Assembly (NCBI GenBank): GCA_964016885.1
Contig: CAXHJY010000466.1
Coordinates: 1 to 32,074, forward strand
From: Eledone cirrhosa
Taxonomy: Eukaryota
DNA length: 32,074 nt
Direction: 5' to 3'
Shown here: positions 1 to 9,642 of the stretch, in pieces
Numbering within the stretch: position 1 is the first letter of the stretch
Layout of the letters: every line of letters begins with the position of its first letter
The notes under the pieces: model-generated
Told to the model about the DNA's origin: nothing
The model's database searches: none
What the model saw: only the letters and a program-made list of their open reading frames with translations
Position numbers and translations under genes: made by a program

Positions 1-25
1 TATACATATATATAATATTATATAC

Positions 26-98
<73 letters not shown>

Positions 99-103
99 GA
101 TAC

Positions 104-134
<31 letters not shown>

Positions 135-159
135 CATATAATATATATATACTATATAC

Positions 160-225
<66 letters not shown>

Positions 226-300
226 TATATATATACATATATATATACATATATATATATATATACATATATATATCATATATATTATACATATATATAC

Positions 301-332
<32 letters not shown>

Positions 333-373
333 ATATATATATATACATATATATATACATATATATATACATA
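1..373. repeat. Interrupted (TA)n microsatellite, CATA-type interruptions
   Basis: TA dinucleotide run with periodic TACA interruptions, read directly. Confidence 0.97.
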
Positions 374-926
374 TGAAATACGTCCCTTCACGCATGTATT
401 GTCCAACCAAGTGCCAATGTGGTTCAATGGCGGGTCAATAAATTAAAGAGCCAGAACAAATATAAACAAGGTTTAGTAAATAATGAAAAAGTTTCAAAAT
501 AAATTTTAAAAAATTAACTTTACCTACTATAGTTACCTTTACCGATCGGTTACTACTACCTCCACTAACGTTGAGAACAAACCGGGTCATTCCGACTGCT
601 GCTAGCAATAGCGGTGGCTAGTTTGACCTACCTCCTTTTTGCCTCTATCTTTGCTACCGCCCTTGATAAACCTGTTCTACATCATCCACTCTCATCCCAG
701 GAACAGTTTTTGATAGCGCTAGTTTGTGATTTAAATTCAGGAATTTTATATTCTTTGAATGAAAAGAACCTTCTGACGAGAATCTTTCTTTGCAACGAAG
801 GCCGTATGGTCTCCGTTTTATTTTTGGGATTCGAAACCGATCGGTAAAGGTAACTATAGTAGGTAAAGTCAATTTTTTAAAATTTATTTTGAAACTTTTT
901 CATTATTTACTAAACCTTGTTTATAT
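374..926 (+). mobile_element. Non-coding PLE pseudo-LTR-like fragment with 92-bp inverted repeat (460-551 / 835-926)
   Basis: 460-551 is the reverse complement of 835-926 with one mismatch. Contains a hammerhead motif and is flanked by TA tracts. Inverted partial terminal copies are typical of PLE insertions. Confidence 0.65.
768..851 (+). ncRNA. Type I hammerhead ribozyme
   Basis: Stem I ACCTT(768-772)/AAGGT(847-851); core CTGACGA(773-779); stem II GAATC(780-784)/GATTC(828-832) with a long loop; GAAA(833-836); palindromic stem III ACCGATCGGT; cleavage triplet GTA(844-846). Confidence 0.85.
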
Positions 927-948
927 ATATACATATATATATATATAC

Positions 949-991
<43 letters not shown>

Positions 992-1005
992 CATATATAT
1001 ATGTA

Positions 1006-1043
<38 letters not shown>

Positions 1044-1076
1044 TATATGTATGCATATATATATATATATATATAT

Positions 1077-1421
1077 CATCATCATCATCATCGTTTAACG
1101 TCCGTGTTCCTCGCTTGCATGGGTTTGGACGGGAGTTTTCCCACTTGAGGCAAGGGTGATTGTCTTGCTCGCATAGGACTCTCTGGCGGGTTTTCTACAG
1201 CTGGATGCCCTTCCTAACACCAACTACATTTACAGTGTGGGGCTGGGAGGTTTTTACCGTGTTGCCTACACGGCCACATTACAGGGTGGACTGTGTGTTT
1301 TTTTGTCGTGACACCTACTGACTGTAGTAGGTTTTACTTTGTATTTAGGTAAGGCGGGTCTTCTCTATTACTGAGTACCGCCATAGGTCTCGGTCCAGTG
1401 ACATTGTCTTGGAGAGGTGTA
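1077..1421 (-). mobile_element. RTE-X-like LINE 3' end, copy 1 (5'-truncated, internal 118-bp deletion)
   Basis: Matches 2441-2938; (GAT)n tail on the minus strand; lacks the segment between two CCTAC repeats. Confidence 0.85.
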
Positions 1422-1486
1422 TGTGTATATATATATATATTTATATATATATATATATATATGTGTATATATATATATATATATAT

Positions 1487-2145
1487 AAAATTAGAAATAA
1501 GAGGGATCAGATGTTGTTTACTCGAGAGAAGGCTACGTTGGTACGGACACATGATGCGCATGAAAGTCGATAGCTGTATAACAAAGTGCAGGGCAATAAA
1601 GATGGACGGTAGCCACGGAATAGGCAGACCTAGAAAATCCTGGGACGAGCTGATAAACTCCGACCTCACACACTTACACCTCTCCAAGACAATGTCACTG
1701 GACCGAGACCTTTGGCGGTACTCAGTAATAGAGAAGACCCGCCTTACCTAAATACATAGTAAAACCTACTACAGCCAGTAGGCATCTCTAACAAAATACA
1801 CCCCCGTCCCACTACCCCCACGCCATCCACACCACCCCCTACTATGTAAAGTTATGTTGGTGCCACACCATCCAGGCCGAAACAAATGAGATCGTGTAGG
1901 TGTCACGACAAAAAAACACACAGTCCACGCTGTAATGTGGCCGTGTAGGCAACACGGTAAAAACCTCCCAGTCCCACACTGTAAATGTGGTTGGTGTTAG
2001 GAAGGGCATCCAACTGTAGAAAACCTGCCAGACAGTCCTATGCGAGCAAGACAATCACTCTTGCCTCAAGTGGGAATACCCCCGTCCAAACCCATGCAAG
2101 CGTGGAACACGGGCGTTAAACGTTGATGATGATGATGATGATGAT
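1487..2145 (+). mobile_element. RTE-X-like LINE 3' end, copy 2 (ORF C-terminus 1487-1751, 3'UTR, (GAT)n tail)
   Basis: Encodes RRLRWYGHMMRM...GRPRKSW...DRDLWR, the typical RTE-clade post-RT C-terminus. Terminal hairpin CCATGC-AA-GCGTGG is followed by (GAT)n. Confidence 0.9.
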
Positions 2146-2150
2146 ATATG

Positions 2151-2219
<69 letters not shown>

Positions 2220-2230
2220 GTGTATATATA

Positions 2231-2309
<79 letters not shown>

Positions 2310-2321
2310 ATATATATATAT

Positions 2322-2374
<53 letters not shown>

Positions 2375-2440
2375 GATATATATATGTATATATATATATA
2401 TATATATATGTGTATATATATATATATATATATGTATATA
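2146..2440. repeat. Interrupted (TA)n tract between tail-to-tail RTE-X copies
   Basis: Direct reading. Confidence 0.97.
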
Positions 2441-2938
2441 TCATCATCATCATCATCATCATCGTTTAACGTCCGTGTTCCACGCTTGCATGGGTTTGGA
2501 CGGGGGTAGTCCCACTTGAGGCAAGAGTGATTGTCTTGCTCGCATAGGACTGTCTGGCAGGTTTTCTACAGTTGGATGCCCTTCCTAACACCAACCACAT
2601 TTACAGTGTGGGTCTGGGAGGTTTTTACCGTGTTGCCTACACGGCCACATTACAGCGTGGACTGTGTGTTTTTTTGTCGGGACACCTACACGATCTCATT
2701 TGTTTCGGCCTGGATGGTGTGGCATCAACATAACTTTACATAGAAGGGGGCGGTGTGGATGGGGTGGGGGTGGTGGGACGGGGGTGTATTTTGTTAGGGA
2801 TGCCTACTGACTGTAGTAGGTTTTACTTTGTATTTAGGTAAGGCGGGTCTTCTCTATTACTGAGTACCGCCAAAGGTCTTGGTCCAGTGACATTGTCTTG
2901 GTGAGGTGTAACTGTGTGAGGTCGGAGTTTATCAGCTC
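2441..2938 (-). mobile_element. RTE-X-like LINE 3' end, copy 3
   Basis: Reverse complement of ~1646-2145; minus strand encodes [34 protein letters not shown]. Confidence 0.9.
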
Positions 2939-2970
<32 letters not shown>

Positions 2971-2972
2971 GC

Positions 2973-3023
<51 letters not shown>

Positions 3024-3036
3024 GTATATATGTATA

Positions 3037-3083
<47 letters not shown>

Positions 3084-3326
3084 GCATATATATATATATG
3101 CATATATATATATCCAGTAGTGCTAAGTTTAATATTCTGATCGCAGACTTGGTATGAGTGATGAAGAATGTGTCCCGCATCTGCGACCCAACAGAAATGG
3201 AAAGACACATCCAACACTTTATCAACCGCATGCAGTTCTCTGGCTACAACCAAAGAGACAGAGTCAGAGTATACGAATGAGCCATGGAGAAGTATAAGAC
3301 CCTCATAGAACTGGACATGAAAGGCC

Positions 3327-3827
3327 TTGAGAAAGACCCACTTAAAAATTAAGGTGGTAGAAAAGTCAGGAACCACCATAAAATCCCTGATCAGCAAAAC
3401 CTACCCTTTTAAGAAAACCCAATGTACCAATAGGAAATGTATCATATGTAAGGTAAACCCCCGGATAAACTGTAAAACTAGAAACGTAGTCTATAGCATA
3501 AGATGTACAGAGGGTACCTGCAGAAACATGACAACAACATACATAGGTGAGACAGCTCGTAGCATAGGTGAAAGGATAGACCAACACTGGGGGGAACTAA
3601 AAGGACGAAAAAACGGGTCAGTACTATACGAACCTGCCAGACTACAACATGACGGTAACATAGACAACATAGAAATTAGAATAATATCTAAACATAGAAA
3701 TGACCCAGCAGATAGGCAAATCAGAGAGGCCAGTGAAATAGAACTTAGAAGACCAAGACTAAACAGAAATAATGAATGGAATAACAACAACACCCAAATA
3801 AACAACACTGACCTAAGAGAAGTATAA
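3327..3827 (+). pseudogene. PLE C-terminal GIY-YIG endonuclease domain (fragment)
   Basis: CTNRKCIIC...CKTRNVVYSIRCTEGTC...YIGETARSIGERIDQH; the upstream frame is broken by stops at 3155 and 3278 and by a deletion. Confidence 0.88.
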
Positions 3828-4085
3828 ATAAGTAAATAAAATAAAATAAAATAAATAAATAAATAGATAAATAAATACATACACAAGCACAATAACAACA
3901 AACACATAAACACACATTAGTCACCCAATCACAAACACACATCAAACAAAACACTATAAACACACACAAACGCATGCGCAAAGAAGACAAAATAAAATAA
4001 ACAAACAAGCAAATAAATAAATAAATATATAGACAGACTGAATAAAAATGGCGTAGCCATACAATTCAACAGGAGGAAACAATAG

Positions 4086-4129
4086 CACCACTGACGATGT
4101 TGCAGATGTGCAACGAAAGATTTATGATA
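4086..4129 (+). ncRNA. Degenerate minimal hammerhead motif in PLE 3' region
   Basis: CTGACGA(4091-4097)-T-GTTGCA gatg TGCAAC-GAAA(4115-4118)-GATTTA. Stem II is perfect; stems I and III are imperfect. Confidence 0.6.
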
Positions 4130-4388
4130 AACTATATATATGTGTTTGTGTCTATATTGTACCTGTATTATTTTTGACCGTCGGCCAGTCATTGGCAACA
4201 TTGAGGACCGAGTATATTAGATTACCGATATAAAAGACACAGAAGCGAAAAGCGAAAACCAACCAAATAGTGAGTGTGTTCTGTTATTAATTCTGGCAAT
4301 ATTACACAAATATGACCCTCCCCAAGTATAACAATATTTGTTTCGACACACGATTTCATATAAAAAACCTCGCAAAACTAATATATAT

Positions 4389-4704
4389 ATAGGAAAATGT
4401 TCAGGATCCCGACGGCAGAGCTCAAGCTGTTTCCACGACTATTCCTGGACTAAATTAAATTTTTAGCATGGTAATAAATAGCCGCACTTTTCAAGGAGTA
4501 ATTCCTTATATGGGAAGATTGTAGATTTAATTGTCTTTACAAGAAATTTTGATCAATACTTTTGACAACTACAATCTTCCCATATAAGGAATTAACCCTT
4601 GAAAAGTGCGGCTATTTATTACCATGCTAAAAATCTAATTTAGTCCAGGAATAGTCATGGAAACAGCTTGAGCTCTGCCGTCGGGGTCTTGAACATTTTC
4701 CTAT
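4389..4704. repeat. Inverted repeat, ~136-bp arms (4389-4524 / 4569-4704), 44-bp spacer
   Basis: Arms are reverse complements with a few substitutions. Confidence 0.93.
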
Positions 4705-4892
4705 TACCCAGTCTACTACTCTAAGTATTGAGTACTCTGGTGCGTTATAGTCCACCTGGTTGCTTACCACACTTCCTTCGTTTTATATATATATATATAT
4801 ATGTGTATGTATCTGTGTGTATATATATATGTGTATGTATGTATATATGTATATATATCTAAGTATGTATATATATACGTATATATATATAT

Positions 4893-5759
4893 ATAAATGG
4901 AAAAAAAATGAAACAAAATTTCATTTCTCACTCTTAGTATGGCTGTTACTTAAATATAAGTATGTATACGTACATACATATATGTATATAGACGTACAAT
5001 AGTATGTATATATATATACATACATGCACACATATATATATGTATATACGGATTTACCGAACATTTATTATAATGCTCGGTTTGTTTGTAAACAAACAAA
5101 CATCCCGAATTAAGCCGTACAGTGTTTAGCAACCATTGTTGCCTTTTTGTTCAACACTGACAAAGGAACGATGTACTAGTTTCAAGCTTATTAGCTATCG
5201 TCAGCACTGTATACCTTCCTGCAGATGATTGAACGTCTGAAAATATATACTTTTCTTATGCATATTAACGGCTGAGCAGCCTAATTTGCATATCGAGTGA
5301 GTTAATCGGCCGGGCGCACCGAAAACGATAAATGGAAAAAATGAAACGAAATTTCATTTCTCACTTTTAGTACGGCTGTTACTTAAATATAAATATGTAT
5401 ACGTACATACATATATGTATACAGACGTACAGTAGTATCTATATATATACATACATGCACACATACATATATATGTATGTATGGATTTACCGAACATTTA
5501 TTATAATGCTCGGTTTGTTTGTTTTACGATAGTTAATAAGCTTGAAACTAGTACATCGTTCCTTTGTCAGTGTTGAACAAAAGGACAACAATGGTTGCTA
5601 AACACTGTACGGCTTAATTCGGGATGTTTGTTTGTTTACAAACAAACCGAGCATTATAATAAATGTTCGGTAAATCCATACATACATATATATATATGTG
5701 TACATGTATGTATATATATACATACTACTGTACGTCTGTATACATATATGTATGTACGT

Positions 5760-5766
<7 letters not shown>
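4893..5766 (-). mobile_element. Non-coding tandem/inverted element with hammerhead (retrozyme- or pLTR-like): ~1.45 copies of a 435-bp unit plus an inverted partial copy
   Basis: 4893-5089 is repeated at 5328-5522; 5526-5766 is the reverse complement of ~4963-5201; hammerhead on the minus strand. Confidence 0.7.
5171..5207 (-). ncRNA. Minimal type I hammerhead ribozyme
   Basis: Minus strand reads GTG-CTGACGA-T-AGCT aata AGCT-T-GAAA-CTAG-TA-CAT: intact core, palindromic stem III ACTAGT, 3-bp stem I. Confidence 0.78.
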
Positions 5767-5813
<47 letters not shown>

Positions 5814-5902
5814 ATGTATATATATATTATGTATATCTGTATGTATGTATGTATATATATATATTATGTATATATGTATATATGTATATATATATTATGT
5901 CG

Positions 5903-5981
5903 GGTCACTCTTGAGTGCTACTGGTAACATGTAACCCAGTACAACCAGGTCGCATGGTCGGGTCGTTGGCAACTAAACCGG
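5903..5981 (+). ncRNA. Putative degenerate HDV-like ribozyme at the 5' end of an RTE-derived element
   Basis: Order P1 GGTCAC, P2 CCAGT, CC, P1' ATGGTC, GG, short P4, CTAA, P2' ACCGG. P3 is not resolved. Homologous to 8800-8856. Confidence 0.45.
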
Positions 5982-6149
5982 CAACGGTGTTGGTGTGGAC
6001 GTTTAAGCCCTGGTGGGCGTTTCTACCAAGGTGGTTGGGCTGCTGCCTATTGTGTGTGAAACACATGTAAGAGCTATATAAAGAAATGTTTTAATGGCTT
6101 GTAACTCTTTCATCCACTCATTCATTTGCTTATATATATATACATATAT

Positions 6150-6301
6150 CAGGCTATAACAGGAATTCAAGACCAGCTGCCCATGGGAACTTCTATATGC
6201 AGATGATCTAACGCTCATAGCTGAATTGATGGATGAAACTAGAGAAGAAATTCCAAACATGGAAGCATGGCCTAGAATCAAAAGGCCTTAAAGTTAACTT
6301 G
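6150..6301 (+). pseudogene. RTE-X-like RT fragment containing YADD, inverted relative to its neighbour
   Basis: Translates with frameshifts as EFKTSCPWELLYADDLTLIAE...WKHGLESKGLKVNL. Confidence 0.85.
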
Positions 6302-6790
6302 TCTGTATGCTAAATTCCTTGCTGTAGTCATTGCTAACCCTAACTTTGCTGATTGCTCCCTTACATATGGCTTGTACAGCTTTCACAAGCCATTCATCTA
6401 CTCCTAGTCGCCCACCACATTATAGCACGGGGGACTCTGTCAAAGGCTTTTTACAGATCGACGAATGCCAGGTAGAGCGATTTACTTTTAGCTAGGTACT
6501 TTTCCTGTAATTGCCTCACAAGGAAGAGGGCATCAGTGGTGCCTTTTCCTGGCACAAACCCAAATTGCATCTCATCTAGTTTTACCCGGTCCCTAATCAA
6601 CTGTGCTATAACTCTTTCCGTTACTTTCATGACCTGGGCCATCAGCTTTATACCTCTATAGTTTCCTCTATCTAGTGCAACACCTTTACCCTTGGAGCAG
6701 TTGACAATGATGCTACTGCACCAATCCATTGGTATGACACCCTCTAGTGTTACCTGGTTAACAATATGTGTGGTTATGGTGTAACCTACC
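6302..6790 (-). pseudogene. RTE-X-like RT N-terminal fragment
   Basis: IPMDWCSSIIV..KGKG...NYRGIKL...QFGFVPGKGTTDALF...QEK...LAFVDL*KAFDRVPR...GVDEWLVKAVQ. Confidence 0.9.
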
Positions 6791-6872
6791 GATATATATA
6801 TATCTATACATATATATATATATGTGTGTGTCTGTGTGAGTGTATATATATATGTATATATATATATGTATG

Positions 6873-6901
<29 letters not shown>

Positions 6902-6905
<4 letters not shown>

Positions 6906-7029
6906 TCATTAAAATAACAGATTAAACAAAGAATCGCTGCTTTCACCCTTAACGGGATCTTCAGCAGATCCCGTTAAGGGTGAAAGCAGCGTCTTTGCTT
7001 AAACTTTAATCTGTTATTTTAATAAATAT
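6902..7029. repeat. Near-perfect palindrome (6902-6960 / 6966-7029) centred on a hammerhead-like core
   Basis: GCTGCTTTCACCCTTAACGGGATCT-tcagc-AGATCCCGTTAAGGGTGAAAGCAGC plus outer arms; minus strand reads CTGAAGA-TCCC gttaa GGGT-GAAA. Confidence 0.88.
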
Positions 7030-7113
7030 TTGCCCTACGGTTCTTCTATATTTGATATATATTTATCCTTATCGAGCCCTCTTTGGATTTTAATCTTCAA
7101 ATTTTATTATTAT

Positions 7114-7155
<42 letters not shown>

Positions 7156-7161
7156 ATGTAT

Positions 7162-7215
<54 letters not shown>

Positions 7216-7242
7216 ATATGTGTATATATATGTATGTATATG

Positions 7243-8200
7243 TGTTCTGTGATGTCAACACAGACGAACTGGGCTTCCTACTTAGACTTACCTACAACAC
7301 TGACTACCTAGACAGCCATGACCTTAGAAGTTTCTGCCCCAGCAGACCCATAACGGGTAGAGCCCCCCCCCCCCATATCCTCAATGGCAAAAAAGACTCC
7401 CATGGGAAGGTGGATTGGGTGGACCAAAGCTATACGGACCCCCCCAAAACAATGATCAGGTAAGAAAAATGGCCGCACATGCAAATAGGGCTAGTATCAA
7501 AACTACCCTAAAGGGCCACATATTTAAGTTCAACGAGAAGATCTACACCCAAAATGAGGGAGCAGCCATTGGCGTCAGCATAGCTGGTGACGTTGCCAAC
7601 CTTTTTATGGTATGGTGGGAAAGGAGACTCAAAGATCTCCTTGATGAGAGCTCCATAGACCTCATCATGTACTCTCGTTACGTAGACGATATCAATAAGG
7701 ACATCCCCACAAGAGAGCACTAACAAGTTTGATTTAGAACTTAGCACAATGGAAAGCATCCAGCAGATATTCCATACACCAGAGTATAACTGTAACTATC
7801 GAATACCCTTCCAAACACCCTAACAATAGACGACCTGTATTAGACACGGAACTCTGGATTAACACTATAGACGAGAGAGCCCAAATACTCCACTCACACT
7901 ATGCTAAACCCATGGCCTCCAAATACCTGATACCTGGTACTCAAAAACTCAGCAATTCCAGTAGTGTTAAGTTTAATATTCTGATCGCAGACTTGGTACG
8001 AGTGATGAAGAACGTGTCCCGCATGTGCGACCCAACAGAAATGGAAAGACACATCCAACACTTTATCAACCGCATGCAGTTCTCTGGCTACAACCAAAGA
8101 GTCAGAGTCAGAGTATACGAAGGAGCCATGGAGAAGTATAAGACCCTCATAGAACTGGACATGAAAGGAATTTGCCCATTATACAGGAGCAAATCATGGA
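7243..8200 (+). pseudogene. Penelope-like RT core (frameshifted, truncated by TA tracts at both ends)
   Basis: [71 protein letters not shown]. Confidence 0.88.
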
Positions 8201-8247
<47 letters not shown>

Positions 8248-8271
8248 TATATATATGTATATATATATATG

Positions 8272-8368
<97 letters not shown>

Positions 8369-8369
8369 G

Positions 8370-8406
<37 letters not shown>

Positions 8407-8459
8407 GTATATGTATATATGTATATATATATATGTATATATATATGTATATATGTATA

Positions 8460-8491
<32 letters not shown>

Positions 8492-8500
8492 CATATATAC

Positions 8501-8535
<35 letters not shown>

Positions 8536-8551
8536 CATATGTATATATGTA

Positions 8552-8583
<32 letters not shown>

Positions 8584-8622
8584 CATATCTATATATACAT
8601 ATATACATATATATATACATAT

Positions 8623-8669
<47 letters not shown>

Positions 8670-8706
8670 TACATATACATATATACATATATATATATAT
8701 ATACAC

Positions 8707-8739
<33 letters not shown>

Positions 8740-8799
8740 CACATATATACATATATACATATATATATATACATATATATATATACATATATATATATA
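8201..8799. repeat. Interrupted (TA)n tract with polarity switch (TATG-type to ~8460, CATA-type after ~8475)
   Basis: Direct reading. Confidence 0.95.
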
Positions 8800-9378
8800 C
8801 ATGTATCCCAGTACAACCTGTCTCATGGTCGGGTCGTTGGCGACTAAACTGGCAACCCCACCAAGGTTTCTTGGTGAGGAGGGTGACTTTGGACATCCTG
8901 CAGGACTAAAAACAAAACCTGTCAAAGGGCAAAGGAGCTCTTAAGAGTCAATGGCCATCCAAAATCACCGGGAGAGATGACCCCTTAGCCTTTGTCAAGG
9001 CAGAATTCTAGGAGAAGGAAAACTCTTATATAACACCTGCAACCCTGATGGTATCCAATGATGTTGACTTGTTCTTCTTTTTGGTAAATATCATCTTGGT
9101 TAAGAGAGTGGGACTGGCTTTGTGCAGTGCCTTTGCTCACTATAAAAGCTTCACGGCACAGGCATTGCTTTGTATCTGGAGATCTCTCTGCACTTGTCGT
9201 CACATGGTACCAAAGGCAAAGCACTATCTGTCAATGGTTGTCACAGGTGTAGTGTTTGTACCAGAGTTTTCAAGTCGCTGGCTGGACTAAAAAGTCACTC
9301 GTTCAGCGCATCGGTAGGGGTTCTCCTACATGAATATAAAGTAGTGGCCGTACTCGAAAACGAGTTGGCAGCCACCAT
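8800..9378 (+). mobile_element. Bipartite non-autonomous RTE derivative (RTE 5'UTR joined to zinc-finger remnant and RTE 3' hairpin)
   Basis: 9006-9167 aligns by eye with 18621-18803; 9248-9298 encodes [17 protein letters not shown]; it ends GTGGCCGTACTCGAAAACGAGTTGGCAGCCACCAT, like the RTE end at 22662-22696. Confidence 0.8.
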
Positions 9379-9642
9379 GTATATATGTGTACATGTATAT
9401 GTATATATATATGTGTGTACATATATGTGTATATATATGTGTGTGTACATATGTATGTGTACATATATATGTATATGTGTGTGTACATGTGTATGTATAT
9501 GTGTGTGTACATAGGTGTGTATATGTGTGTACATATATATGTATATATGTGTGTACATGTGTATGTATATATGTGTGTGTACATGTATGTGTATATATGT
9601 GTGTACATGTGTGTGTATATATGTGTGTATATATATGTGTGT
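9379..9642. repeat. Mixed (TA)/(TG) microsatellite with recurrent TGTGTACAT unit
   Basis: Direct reading. Confidence 0.95.

Larger units (their letters stand above)
3113..4380 (+). mobile_element. Penelope-like element 3' part: RT thumb remnant, internal deletion, GIY-YIG endonuclease, 3' non-coding region
   Basis: 3113-3325 is paralogous to 7957-8168; the downstream ORF has VVY..C....C....YIGET.R...R...H and RQIREA..I.....LN...EW motifs. Right boundary approximate. Confidence 0.85.

Noticed and set aside
460-926. MITE interpretation of the 92-bp inverted repeat
   Set aside because: The left arm continues into non-TA sequence (374-459) with no TSD, and the repeat starts inside a hammerhead core, which fits a PLE-type inversion better.
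3155-3280. In-frame TGA codons in the PLE as possible selenocysteines
   Set aside because: The paralogous copy at 7957-8168 has CGA and GGA at these positions, so they are ordinary nonsense mutations.
6333-6343. CTAACCCTAAC telomere-like motif
   Set aside because: Under two units and part of RT coding sequence (VRVS on the minus strand).
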